A stretch of DNA of 64,000 nt, from the NCBI GenBank assembly GCA_965205265.1, contig CBDBGH010000003.1, forward strand, positions 5,120,001 through 5,184,000. Reading direction: 5' to 3'. Below the pieces are notes generated by a model that was not told where the DNA came from, did not search any database, and saw only the letters and a list, made by a program, of their open reading frames with translations. Positions within the stretch are counted from its first letter, which is position 1. Every line of letters begins with the position of its first letter. The DNA comes from Alphaproteobacteria bacterium. Lineage in GTDB: Bacteria; Pseudomonadota; Alphaproteobacteria; Bin95. A program made the position numbers and the translations under genes. Of this stretch, positions 10,201 to 17,876 are shown piece after piece.

Positions 10201-10463
10201 CGCGCCGGAAGCAGACCGGATTCCAGAAGAATGTCGCCCAGTGCCCGACGTCGTTTGCGCCTGCGGCGGAGCTGTCTGCGGCGCATGCGCGCTGCGCGCC
10301 GTTGCTGGTTAAGCGGTATGTGCTTCGGGTCCCGCGCTTCGGGAAAGATGCGCACGCCCATGCGCCGGATCGTGCCGGTCTCCCGATGAGCGTCGTGGTC
10401 GATGACGGTGAAGCCGATGGAGGTCGTGCCGATGTCGAAGCCGAAAATCAGAGTCATCAGCAT
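7293..10463 (-). CDS. cas9: Type II-C Cas9, C-terminally truncated by IS (ends GCTS instead of LAVDPIGRIRPAND)
   Basis: RuvC-I GFDIGTTSIG, Arg-rich bridge helix, RuvC-II VELTRD, HNH DVEHIWPRS..N..KGN, RuvC-III HHAVDA. Confidence 0.98.
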   Translation of the reverse strand: MLMTLIFGFDIGTTSIGFTVIDHDAHRETGTIRRMGVRIFPEARDPKHIPLNQQRRAARMRRRQLRRRRKRRRALGDILLESGLLPARGSDAWRCLMDGTDPYELRRRAVDGEALAAHELGRALYHLAQRRHFKGRDIEEVSDDAAPDDEDADEKKARTGRGKTEQALKQTGRTLGAWLAERGQHERKRGEHATRRIVEDEFDAIWTGQQKHLPVLREAGLKNAVQEAMFAQRPVFWRKNTLGECRLMPGATLCPKGSWLSQQRRMLEKVNNLEIAGGNSRPLDTDERAAILGRLQTQASMTWPGVRRALAPLFKKRGEPGAEKRLRFNLEVGGDRNLLGNAVEAKLKGIFGDEWNSHPHRQAIRDNVPARLRNADYGEIGDRVVIRPARERRDDREAATQEFIRDFGVTEAQARNLAALKLPTGWEPFSVEALQAVLPRLEEGVRFGALLNSLEPEWVAWRNRTFPNREGPTGEVLDRLPSPADPEEGKRTAALRNPTVARTRNELRKVVNNLIGMFGKPDLIRVELTRDVGRSKRDREEYSAAIRRQDGQRRKAKAHLEENGLINPSRRDIEKWLLWQECGKQCPYTGDLICFDDLFGRSRRFDVEHIWPRSRSLDNSYGNKTLCRVDENEKKGNRTPYEYLHEDVDRWSAVLERLDGMGKTGMSPRKIRRFAAREIPEGFADRQLNDTGYAARETVAFLKRLWPDVGPEAPVTVQAVTGRVTGHLRRLWGLNNILSDDGEKTRADHRHHAVDALVVACAHSGMTNRLSRYWQAEDERHVPDPPPLPQPWPSIRADAERAVAEIVVSHRVRKKISGPLHKETIYGDTRVDETGKDGTIYRHFVTRKKVEDLTMSENEQSNGSRVIDIVDNGVQEIVHKWITDHGGNPKRAFINGYPKRGRKGPEIRKVRVRKKQQIDLMAPASTGYADRANNHHMAIYRKSNGRPDRQVVSLIEALQRLAKGLAVVQRDRGDNSTFIMSLAPGDTVELQGGEESGIWVVHGIKSSGRPVLARVTDARPTTATEASRLQMDGKRENFEPRFGGFMNRSPKKGCTS

Positions 10464-10472
10464 CGTTCCCTA

Positions 10473-10503
10473 TTGATTTATTGACGCCGTGCGTTAATAT
10501 AAT
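10473..10503 (+). promoter_or_regulatory. AT-rich sigma70-like promoter for tracrRNA, divergent from cas9
   Basis: TTGATT at 10473, with TAATAT (10495) and TATAAT (10498) just upstream of the anti-repeat. Confidence 0.5.
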
Positions 10504-10505
10504 GC

Positions 10506-10627
10506 TCGTAGCAAATCGAGAAGGGGCCGGTTTCCTTTTCGCAGCAAATCGACCCTTCGCGCGGGCTCGGCGTCCCAAGGTCATTCCGCCGGCACTATTC
10601 GCCCCCGTCCCCGGACGGGGGCGTTTC
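10506..10627 (+). ncRNA. tracrRNA
   Basis: Anti-repeat GTAGCAAATCGAGAAGGGGCCG-bulge-CGCAGC (10508-10545) complementary to the repeat; 3' hairpin CGCCCCCGTCC/GGACGGGGGCG (10600-10623) followed by TTT. Confidence 0.88.
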
Positions 10628-10745
10628 GCATCGACTTCAGGCATTCCGAGCTACTAAATGTCTGCCGAGAGAACTCAACCTTTTGGAGTTTTCATCTCAT
10701 TCCCCCAGAGTAGCGGCACCACTTCCGCCTCAGGGGAAAGCCGCC

Positions 10746-11243
10746 ATGCTCCGTTTTCCCGACACCTCGCCGTTCGAGAACACGGCCATCCAGCACAACC
10801 TGGCCGTCATGTCGGAGTACATGAAGCAGGCTGGTATGGCGGCGGTGTTCGTGCACCTGGACGGCTACGGCGACAACGGCATGGTCGAGGACATCCGCTA
10901 TGCCCCGGAAAGACGGGATGATCCTCCGGGACCGGTGGAGGGCATGTTCGATGCCGGGGGTATCGGCTGCAAAGGGCCACCGTACAGAAGCTCTCCGCCC
11001 ATGGCGTTCCGCGAGGCGGCGGAGAAAATTGCCCTGGACCTCTTCGACCGGGCGTTCCAGGGCTGGGAGGTGGACAGCGGAAGCCTGGGCCGGATCACCA
11101 TCGATTCCGACGGCCGGGCCACGGCCTACTGGCTCGACAGGCTGGACGAAGTCGCGTTCGAGGGCGTCGAAGCCGAGGCGGATTTCCGTCCATTCCTGGA
11201 AATGACGGCCCTTCCGGGCACTGACAGCGAGCCGGGGCTGTAG
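10746..11243 (+). CDS. DUF6878-like plasmid/ICE protein
   Basis: DGYGDNG.VE and GWE.DSG..G.ITID motifs. Confidence 0.65.
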   Translation: MLRFPDTSPFENTAIQHNLAVMSEYMKQAGMAAVFVHLDGYGDNGMVEDIRYAPERRDDPPGPVEGMFDAGGIGCKGPPYRSSPPMAFREAAEKIALDLFDRAFQGWEVDSGSLGRITIDSDGRATAYWLDRLDEVAFEGVEAEADFRPFLEMTALPGTDSEPGL

Positions 11244-11281
11244 CCGCCATCATCCAGTGTGCGCCTGCCACGCGTTTACGG

Positions 11282-11986
11282 TTACGGTTGCGGGAGGTCG
11301 TTGGCTTCGATGGCGGCCTTCGCTTCGGCGATCATGGCGTTGAGTTCGCCGCGCCTGCCCCGGGCAGCCAGCTGGACGGCTTCGCGAATGAAGTCCGGCG
11401 TGCAGAGCGGCAGGACAGCCGAGACCTCCAGCGGCGCCGGGCTCCCGGTTGCCTGGAGGTCGAGGATCCGGACCTGCAGGCTTCCACCATCATCGAGGTC
11501 GAGCCTCCACATTTCGGCTGCGCCGATGCTTCGATAGATGGCGGGCTTGCCGGGATTGGCATTGCTGCGCTCGACCTCGACCACGAGGTCCGGCGGGGTC
11601 ACTGCCTCGAAGGCATCTCGTGCTTGCGGACCACGGTCCCAGGCCCGGTCCCAAGCATCGGCATTCTCGCCGAGCCAAAAACACGCGTCGGGTTCGCTGC
11701 CGGTATTGTCGGGGTCGTCCGGGCGTAGCTTCCAGCGGGTTGAGCCGAGCAGGGCGGCACCCAGGCCCACCGCCTCGCTCAGGCGGTCGACCAGCAGTTT
11801 GGCGCCGTCGGCATGGTTTTCGTGGTCGCGCGAGGGGGTCATGAGTTCGACGAGCCCGGTGACGGGGTCGATGAGAACCCGCCTCGCTACGGCGCTCCAG
11901 TCGGCTTTCGCCAGATCCGGAATCTCGTGCGGCGCGAAGCGCAGTGTCGTGAAGGTGGACCCCATGCTTCCGGTGGTGACGTCCAT
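11282..11986 (-). CDS. Uma2/DUF820-family PD-(D/E)XK endonuclease
   Basis: ELMTPSRDHE, SEPDACFW, PPDLVVEVE and Y..IGAAEMWR motifs; AGGAGA RBS. Confidence 0.85.
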   Translation of the reverse strand: MDVTTGSMGSTFTTLRFAPHEIPDLAKADWSAVARRVLIDPVTGLVELMTPSRDHENHADGAKLLVDRLSEAVGLGAALLGSTRWKLRPDDPDNTGSEPDACFWLGENADAWDRAWDRGPQARDAFEAVTPPDLVVEVERSNANPGKPAIYRSIGAAEMWRLDLDDGGSLQVRILDLQATGSPAPLEVSAVLPLCTPDFIREAVQLAARGRRGELNAMIAEAKAAIEANDLPQP

Positions 11987-12095
11987 AGCATGTCTCCTGC
12001 CTGGCCCCCGTGCACAGGCGGGGCGAGTGCGAAAGCCATTGTAGCATGGCCGACCCGCGGCCATCGCCGGCGACTGCACCTGGCAGCGCGGTGCG

Positions 12096-12524
12096 TCAGG
12101 CCCGCTCCTGCATTGACCGCTGGATTGCGGACAATTCCACCCGCGCCTGTGCCCTGGCGGCCCGATGCGCCAGACGCAGCATCGGCTGGGAACGCCGCCG
12201 CCACACCACCGTGATGGCCCGGGCGGCGGCCCTGTCCTCGATCTCGCCGGCCACACCGTCGATCCAGCGGCGCCGCCCCGGGGCGCGCAGGGCGTCCCGG
12301 ACCGCCTTTGAGTCCGTCAACAGGGTCATCCCCTCAGGGACATGGGCAAGGGAATCGCGAACGCCCTCCGCCTCGGCGCGGGCGGAATCGACCGCCGGCC
12401 GGCGGATGATCGCAACCCGGCCCCTGGCCGCCGGCGCGCCGTCCGGCCCGACAAGGGCCCAGACGGCCCAGGGACTGTCCGGGAGCACGCAGCTGTCGAC
12501 CGCCCAGACCTGCCGGCCCGTCAT
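12096..12524 (-). CDS. Small RNase H-fold protein
   Basis: Acidic triad AVDSC / RAEAEG / LTDSK and C-terminal RLAHRAAR helix; ATGA overlap with the ligase stop. Confidence 0.6.
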   Translation of the reverse strand: MTGRQVWAVDSCVLPDSPWAVWALVGPDGAPAARGRVAIIRRPAVDSARAEAEGVRDSLAHVPEGMTLLTDSKAVRDALRAPGRRRWIDGVAGEIEDRAAARAITVVWRRRSQPMLRLAHRAARAQARVELSAIQRSMQERA

Positions 12525-13789
12525 CCGATCTCCAGCGCAAACAGGGGATTCTTCCACTCCGGCAGCCCGAGCGCCGGTCGCACTTCCCCGGCGACGGTTT
12601 TCTCCCTGGTGCATCTCTTCGCAACCATTCGGGCCAGGGCTTCCTCGGTCGCGTGCAGGACCTCGAGGCTGCGTTCCAGGCCGTCCCTGGCCTGGAACCC
12701 GACCGCCCGCCGGAGCGGTTCGGGTTCGGCCTCCATCCAGCGCTGTGCGAACGCCTTGCGCGTGTCGGTCTCGCGGCTCAGGCATTCAACCTTCCGGGCA
12801 ATCTCGCTTGCCCGTGCGCGCATGGCCGAGCGCACGCCGTCGGCATATTGGCGGACAGTCCCGCCGGCCTCCGGCGGAATGACCTGGAACAGGATGTCCT
12901 CATTGTTGTCGAGGACGAGGCCCAGCACGATACGCTCGCTTTCGATATGGCTGCGCACATGGTGCAGGGCCGCATATTCGGCGGTCTTGACCTTGACCCG
13001 GTGTCCGCTTTCGAACGCGATCACGACGCCCTCTTCGCCTTTTCGCTCCCAGACGCTCTCGACGAAGCGTTCCGGGGCCGCCGGGTCGACGGTCCGGCGG
13101 TCCCCGAGAAGCCCGCCGGCCGTTCCGAGGTCCGACGCCGTGCCGGCGCCGATCCCGGCCGCGCCGCAGGCTTTCTCAACCTCCGCGCTCGTGAGGTAGC
13201 GCCCGCTTTCCCGTTCCCGGACCGCGAGCAGGCTGAGCCGCGGACGGTCGTAGCCCAGCACGATCCGGTTCGCGGGCGAGGTGTGCTCGAAACAGGGCGT
13301 GCAGGGCACGCCGTCGATCAGGGTGAGCGCCTCCGCCCGGCGCCAGACATGCGCCGGCAACATGGCCTGAAGGGCCTTCGCCATGCCGGTGCGGCCGGCC
13401 CGGGTGCACCACAGGATCTCGCCATCCGCGAGGACGGCCGGGAACATGAGCGTCCCGTCAAGCTTCTCGCAGACGGTATGGGGGGCGGCCCAGTCGAGCC
13501 CCATGTCCTCCTCGGGCCTTTCGCCCCAGTTGAAGAACTTGTGCAGCGGGCGGGCCGCAAGGGCCCCGGTCCCGGTGTCGTAGGCGATGCCCCGGCATTC
13601 GCGGGCGACGGCCCGGTCGAAGCTCGTGGAGAGCAGGAACGTGTAGTTGGCGGAGAGCAGACGGCCGCCGGCAGTCGGATACCAGTGGAACTCCTCGCGC
13701 TCGCTGACGAGAGCGTCGACGTCCTTCCGGTTTACCGGCATTTCGGCCTGCCAGTCCTCGGAATGGCGCAGGTCATCCATGGATGGCAT
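12521..13789 (-). CDS. T4 Rnl1-family ATP-dependent RNA ligase
   Basis: RPLHKFFNWGE, motif I EKLDGT, FEHTSPANRIV, EEGVVI and RVKVKTAEY. Confidence 0.88.
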   Translation of the reverse strand: MPSMDDLRHSEDWQAEMPVNRKDVDALVSEREEFHWYPTAGGRLLSANYTFLLSTSFDRAVARECRGIAYDTGTGALAARPLHKFFNWGERPEEDMGLDWAAPHTVCEKLDGTLMFPAVLADGEILWCTRAGRTGMAKALQAMLPAHVWRRAEALTLIDGVPCTPCFEHTSPANRIVLGYDRPRLSLLAVRERESGRYLTSAEVEKACGAAGIGAGTASDLGTAGGLLGDRRTVDPAAPERFVESVWERKGEEGVVIAFESGHRVKVKTAEYAALHHVRSHIESERIVLGLVLDNNEDILFQVIPPEAGGTVRQYADGVRSAMRARASEIARKVECLSRETDTRKAFAQRWMEAEPEPLRRAVGFQARDGLERSLEVLHATEEALARMVAKRCTREKTVAGEVRPALGLPEWKNPLFALEIG

Positions 13790-13970
13790 TGTCTCCAGTG
13801 AGTGCGGGTGAATGTGGCAGGGAGGGAATTATCCTTCGGCACGGCTTTCTCAAGCCGGGACCGGGAATGCGGGATGCGAATTCGTTCACGCCGCGCCCGC
13901 AGGCGCGCCGACTTGAGAACGCCGGAGCGAACCCTATGATTAACCCCGAGGCTCATTGGGAGAAAGGGTC

Positions 13971-14207
13971 ATGTCGTTCGTTCCCGTGGTCGATCTGACG
14001 GATCCCGCATGCGAACCCTCCGATGCGGAGCTGGAAGCCCTGATGCAGTCGGTGTGCGACGGGGTGATCGAGCGCGATATCCGGACCCAGGAACGTTTCG
14101 AGGCGAGCCTGGCCGACAGCATTGCACAGGCCGCACGGGGCGGGACGGCATGGGGCCCGCCCGCCGACCAGGCTGAAGAGGAAGCGGCCGGCACGTTCGA
14201 GCCGTGA
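13971..14207 (+). CDS. Small acidic protein, putative antitoxin of the downstream zeta-like kinase
   Basis: EPSDAELEALM motif; 10 bp upstream of the P-loop gene. Confidence 0.55.
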   Translation: MSFVPVVDLTDPACEPSDAELEALMQSVCDGVIERDIRTQERFEASLADSIAQAARGGTAWGPPADQAEEEAAGTFEP

Positions 14208-14217
14208 CGGCGGACCG

Positions 14218-14835
14218 ATGCGTCCCGTGCTCATTGTCGTGGCCGGGCCCAACGGTTCCGGGAAGACGTCCCTGACACGGGATATCCTAGCGCATCGCTG
14301 GATCGAGGGGTGCCACTACATCAACCCCGACGACATCGCGCAGCACCGTTTCGGCGACTGGAACGATGCCGATGCGATCCGCAAGGCGGCAAGGGAAGCG
14401 TCGAGGCAGCGTTACGACTGTCTTGCGCAACGCATGTCCTGCGCCTTCGAGACGGTGTTCTCGAGCCCGGAGAAACTGGAATTCCTTCACAGGGCGAAAG
14501 ACGCCGGCTTCTTCGTCAGGATGTTCTTCGTCGGCACGGACGGGCCTGAGATCAATGCCATGCGCGTCGCCCGCCGCGTCATGGGAGGCGGTCACGATGT
14601 GCCGATCCGGAAGATCATCGACCGCTTCAACAGGTCCATGGCCAACCTGGCGGCGGCAGTCCCCCTCTGCGACCGGGTTTACGTCTATGACAATTCGGTT
14701 GACCGCCGGAATGCGGCATTGCAGTTCCGGACAGTCGACGGTCTTGTCGAGAAGACCTACGGCACAGGTCATGCATGGGCGGAGCGGGTCCGGCAGGGGC
14801 TGGTCAACGCCCCCCTGAGCCAGCCCGGACGGTAG
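14218..14835 (+). CDS. Zeta-toxin-family P-loop kinase/ATPase
   Basis: AGPNGSGKT, INPDDIA, FETVFS, RVARRV..GGHDVP and YDNS motifs. Confidence 0.85.
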   Translation: MRPVLIVVAGPNGSGKTSLTRDILAHRWIEGCHYINPDDIAQHRFGDWNDADAIRKAAREASRQRYDCLAQRMSCAFETVFSSPEKLEFLHRAKDAGFFVRMFFVGTDGPEINAMRVARRVMGGGHDVPIRKIIDRFNRSMANLAAAVPLCDRVYVYDNSVDRRNAALQFRTVDGLVEKTYGTGHAWAERVRQGLVNAPLSQPGR

Positions 14836-14864
14836 GCGTCCACCTTGCCGGGCCGGCGTCGCGC

Positions 14865-15560
14865 TCAGCCGGCCCTTGCGTCCGCAGCTTCGTCCGCGTC
14901 CTGCCGGTGTTGCCGGGACGGCCGGTCCGCGTCGGCGGTGGGAAACCGCCGGCGGCTGCGGTCAGGCGGCGGGGCGACGGAGATCGTCGCGAAGGCGCAG
15001 ACGGCCAGTACCAGGCAGAACAGCCCGGTGATGGCGCGCGTGCCGAAGCCGGGAATGAGCACGAAAACCGTGACCAGCGTGCCGAGCACGTTACCCATGG
15101 TGGAGACCGCATAGACCGTGCCTGTCGTGCGTCCGCCGCGCTCGAGATCGGAGAGCAGGAGGCGTACGAAAAAGGGCGAGAGAGCGGCGAACAGAAATAC
15201 CGGCACGAAGGTGAGCGCCATGGCGGCCGTCATGGTTCCGGCGAACCCGAACCCGATAGCCGCCATGATGGCCTCCAGCGCCCGATCGGCAAAGAGCAGC
15301 ACGGCGAGCAGCCAGAGGCTGACGGCGCAGAGAATGAAGCAGATTACCGACAGATGCTGCGTGCGGTCGGCGAGGACGCCGCCGGCGGCATATCCGGCCG
15401 CCATCGCCAGAAGCACCACCGATATCAGGCAGGCCCAGCTGGTTATGCCGCCGCCGAACCAGGGGTTCAGGTAGCGGCTGCCGAGCATCTCGAAGCCCAT
15501 GAGGGCAAAGCCGCACAGAAAGATGAGGAGGAACAGGAACAGACGCATTGCCGTCGTCAT
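14865..15560 (-). CDS. Membrane (MFS-like) domain of the MFS/spermidine-synthase family, stand-alone
   Basis: GF.LMG.EMLGSR.L.PWFG, G..YAVSTMG..LGT; about 6 TM helices. Confidence 0.8.
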   Translation of the reverse strand: MTTAMRLFLFLLIFLCGFALMGFEMLGSRYLNPWFGGGITSWACLISVVLLAMAAGYAAGGVLADRTQHLSVICFILCAVSLWLLAVLLFADRALEAIMAAIGFGFAGTMTAAMALTFVPVFLFAALSPFFVRLLLSDLERGGRTTGTVYAVSTMGNVLGTLVTVFVLIPGFGTRAITGLFCLVLAVCAFATISVAPPPDRSRRRFPTADADRPSRQHRQDADEAADARAG

Positions 15561-16564
15561 TGCCGCGGCTCCGGGAGTGCCATCGGCTCCAGGCCGCGAT
15601 TGTGGCGCTCGGTCGCCCGCAGCAGCTCGACCGGGGCGAAGTCGTCGGTCAGCGGTCTCGTGTCCGGCAGCTGTTTCAGCGGTCTCGCCTCCCGGACCAT
15701 TTCGGCAAGCGGATAGCGGAACCCGTGGGCGGCGTCCAGGCGCCGGGCGCTGGCCAGCAGGGCCTCGAAGGACCGCCGGGGCCCTTCATAACCAACCATC
15801 ACGATATTGCCGTCGGCCTCGTAGAGATCGAGATGGTCGAATACCGAGGCCATGGTGGCGACGGCGGCGTCGAACATCATCGTCGAGGGCGCCACGTTCT
15901 GGACCGCGGCCCCGGCCGGCGCCAGTCGCGCCTTGACCAGCTCGTAGAATTCCTTCGTGAGAAGGTGGAACGGCACGGAGGGGCCCCTGTAGGCGTCGAT
16001 GGCGATGACCGGCCAGGTTTGGCCGTCGCGGCGCTGCAGCCAGCGCCGCCCGTCATCGATCTCGACCCGGAACCCCGGTTCCGGACGCACGCCGAAATGG
16101 AGCTTCGCGAGTTCGAACACTTCCGGGTCCAGTTCGACCGAGGTGATGTCCATGGCCGGAACCGAACGATGGAGATACCAGGTCGTTCGGCCGCCGCCGA
16201 AACCGATCTCGAGGAAGCGGTCGGTGTTCCCGGCATAGGCCAGGGCGGCGGTCATGTAGCGCGAGTAGGGCGAGGGCAGGGCGAGTTCGTCCCTGGTGTC
16301 GTATTCGGTCTCGGTGAACAGGTCGCGGTTGTGGCCGAAGGTCATCACGACCATCGGCCCCTGCCGGATGACATAGATGTCGTTGTACACGGATTCACGC
16401 CGGTCGATTACGTCGGGATGGATTGCGAACGACCTGACCTCCAGATACGCGAATGCGCCAAGGATGGCGATCAGGGTGAAGGATGCCGCGATGATCGGGA
16501 GTCTGGACATGGGGGCGTTCCGCGACTCACGCCCGGCCGGCGGGAGCGGGGTGCTGGTCGTCAT
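15557..16564 (-). CDS. Spermidine-synthase-like SAM-dependent transferase (start approximate)
   Basis: ESVYNDI, IGFGGG, VELDPEV, DDGR, DAY and PFHLLTKEFY motifs. Confidence 0.82.
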   Translation of the reverse strand: MTTSTPLPPAGRESRNAPMSRLPIIAASFTLIAILGAFAYLEVRSFAIHPDVIDRRESVYNDIYVIRQGPMVVMTFGHNRDLFTETEYDTRDELALPSPYSRYMTAALAYAGNTDRFLEIGFGGGRTTWYLHRSVPAMDITSVELDPEVFELAKLHFGVRPEPGFRVEIDDGRRWLQRRDGQTWPVIAIDAYRGPSVPFHLLTKEFYELVKARLAPAGAAVQNVAPSTMMFDAAVATMASVFDHLDLYEADGNIVMVGYEGPRRSFEALLASARRLDAAHGFRYPLAEMVREARPLKQLPDTRPLTDDFAPVELLRATERHNRGLEPMALPEPRQ

Positions 16565-17137
16565 CGACGGGGTGCGGCACGGCACCTGCCCCGGGAGCAC
16601 GGTGCCGCCTTCATGCCATTGCGTCTATTTCTGCGCGGCTGGCTCCGACGGCCACGGAATGGCCGAATGATCCGGAGGCCGGGCCGCCAGACCGGGACGC
16701 ATGGCGGGCGTCAAGGGAAGACTTGGCACGAGCATGGCGCATTTCCTCGACTTCCTTCCAAGTCCGACGGCATGGCGTTATCATAATCGGATTGCCACGG
16801 CAATCAACAAAGGATAGAACCTCCATGAAATACGGTCTTGCGCAGGGGCTTGCGCGGCCGCATGATCGGAAACGGTTCGTCCTGCCGCGGATTCCGGTCG
16901 GTGGCGGACTCTCCTTGCCGGTGCCGGCCGCTGTTTGTCATTGTCGGGTTCGTCTGCCGTCGCTGTCGGAGCGTTCCGGATACAGCAGGCCAGGACATGT
17001 CCGTCGGTCCGGGACGAACACAGAACCTCCTGCGGATTTGTTCGTGACGGTCGCCGACGCCGTCCAACACGCGCGAGGGTTCGCGCGGGAGAGACAATTC
17101 GCAAGGCTCTCAAAACGGGTTGGCAAGGGGGGAGGGA

Positions 17138-17290
17138 CTCATCCCGTGCGCGGGCGCACATTGAAGGATCATCATCGCTCCTCGTTCCACGACCTCGACG
17201 ACGCTCATCCCGTGCGCGGGCGCCATTGAAGGTCGTTTCGAAGGGTTATGGCGCTCGCCGAAAGCCAGGGCCGCGTGCACACATTGAAGG
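17138..17290 (+). CRISPR. Orphan degenerate mini-array with 2 near-perfect and 1 eroded repeat (CTCATCCCGTGCGCGGGCGCACATTGAAGG)
   Basis: Repeats at 17138-17167, 17204-17232 and ending at 17290; internal palindrome plus ATTGAAG 3' handle; 36-nt first spacer. Confidence 0.6.
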
Positions 17291-17546
17291 GACCTGATCG
17301 CCGGGACCTTGACGGGGCGAATTATGGGAAGCGCCTTCTTGCCCTCCCCATGCCGTGATCCGTTTCAGGGACGCTGCCATGACAGAGGCGACGGGCAGGA
17401 CCGTTGCCCTTCCTTCCTTTGAGACCATAAGCATCATCCTGGACCGCACTGACACCTGGGGGACTCCCCGGGACTCCCCGGGCTTGTGCGGCCACGATCT
17501 GCTGATTATAATGACAATCCGATTGTTTCGGCAATCGGATGCCATC

Positions 17547-17876
17547 ATGACCCTTACCCGGAACGGGTCGATGTCAGGACAGCATTCCCGAAAACGCAGA
17601 CTCAGCTTGCGGCAGGTGTTCGAGACAGGGCCCAGGGGCCCGCTCTATGTCGGGACCTTCTTCAGTCCCTATGAGTTGAAAGCCGTCCGGGATTTCGGTC
17701 CCGTCTGCGTGATCGTGACCGGCGGTGGCGGCATCGAGCCCATGCGCTGGACCGCGGACTGGTCCGAGCCGGCGTTCCGGGACTATCGCGAGGCGGAACG
17801 CCGCGCGCGCAAGTCCGGTTGGGACGGCCGGCTCCGTCGCAGCGGCTCGGCCATCGGGGCGGGGCGGAACGCATGA
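17547..17876 (+). CDS. Small hypothetical protein translationally coupled to recQ (start uncertain)
   Basis: ATGA overlap at 17873-17876; upstream TTGTGC-17-TATAAT promoter-like element. Confidence 0.45.
   Translation: MTLTRNGSMSGQHSRKRRLSLRQVFETGPRGPLYVGTFFSPYELKAVRDFGPVCVIVTGGGGIEPMRWTADWSEPAFRDYREAERRARKSGWDGRLRRSGSAIGAGRNA

Noticed and set aside
3310-10627. CRISPR-associated transposon (Cas9 next to a transposase)
   Set aside because: The IS disrupts cas9 with its own TSD, there is no TnsC or TniQ, and the Cas9 nuclease motifs are intact.
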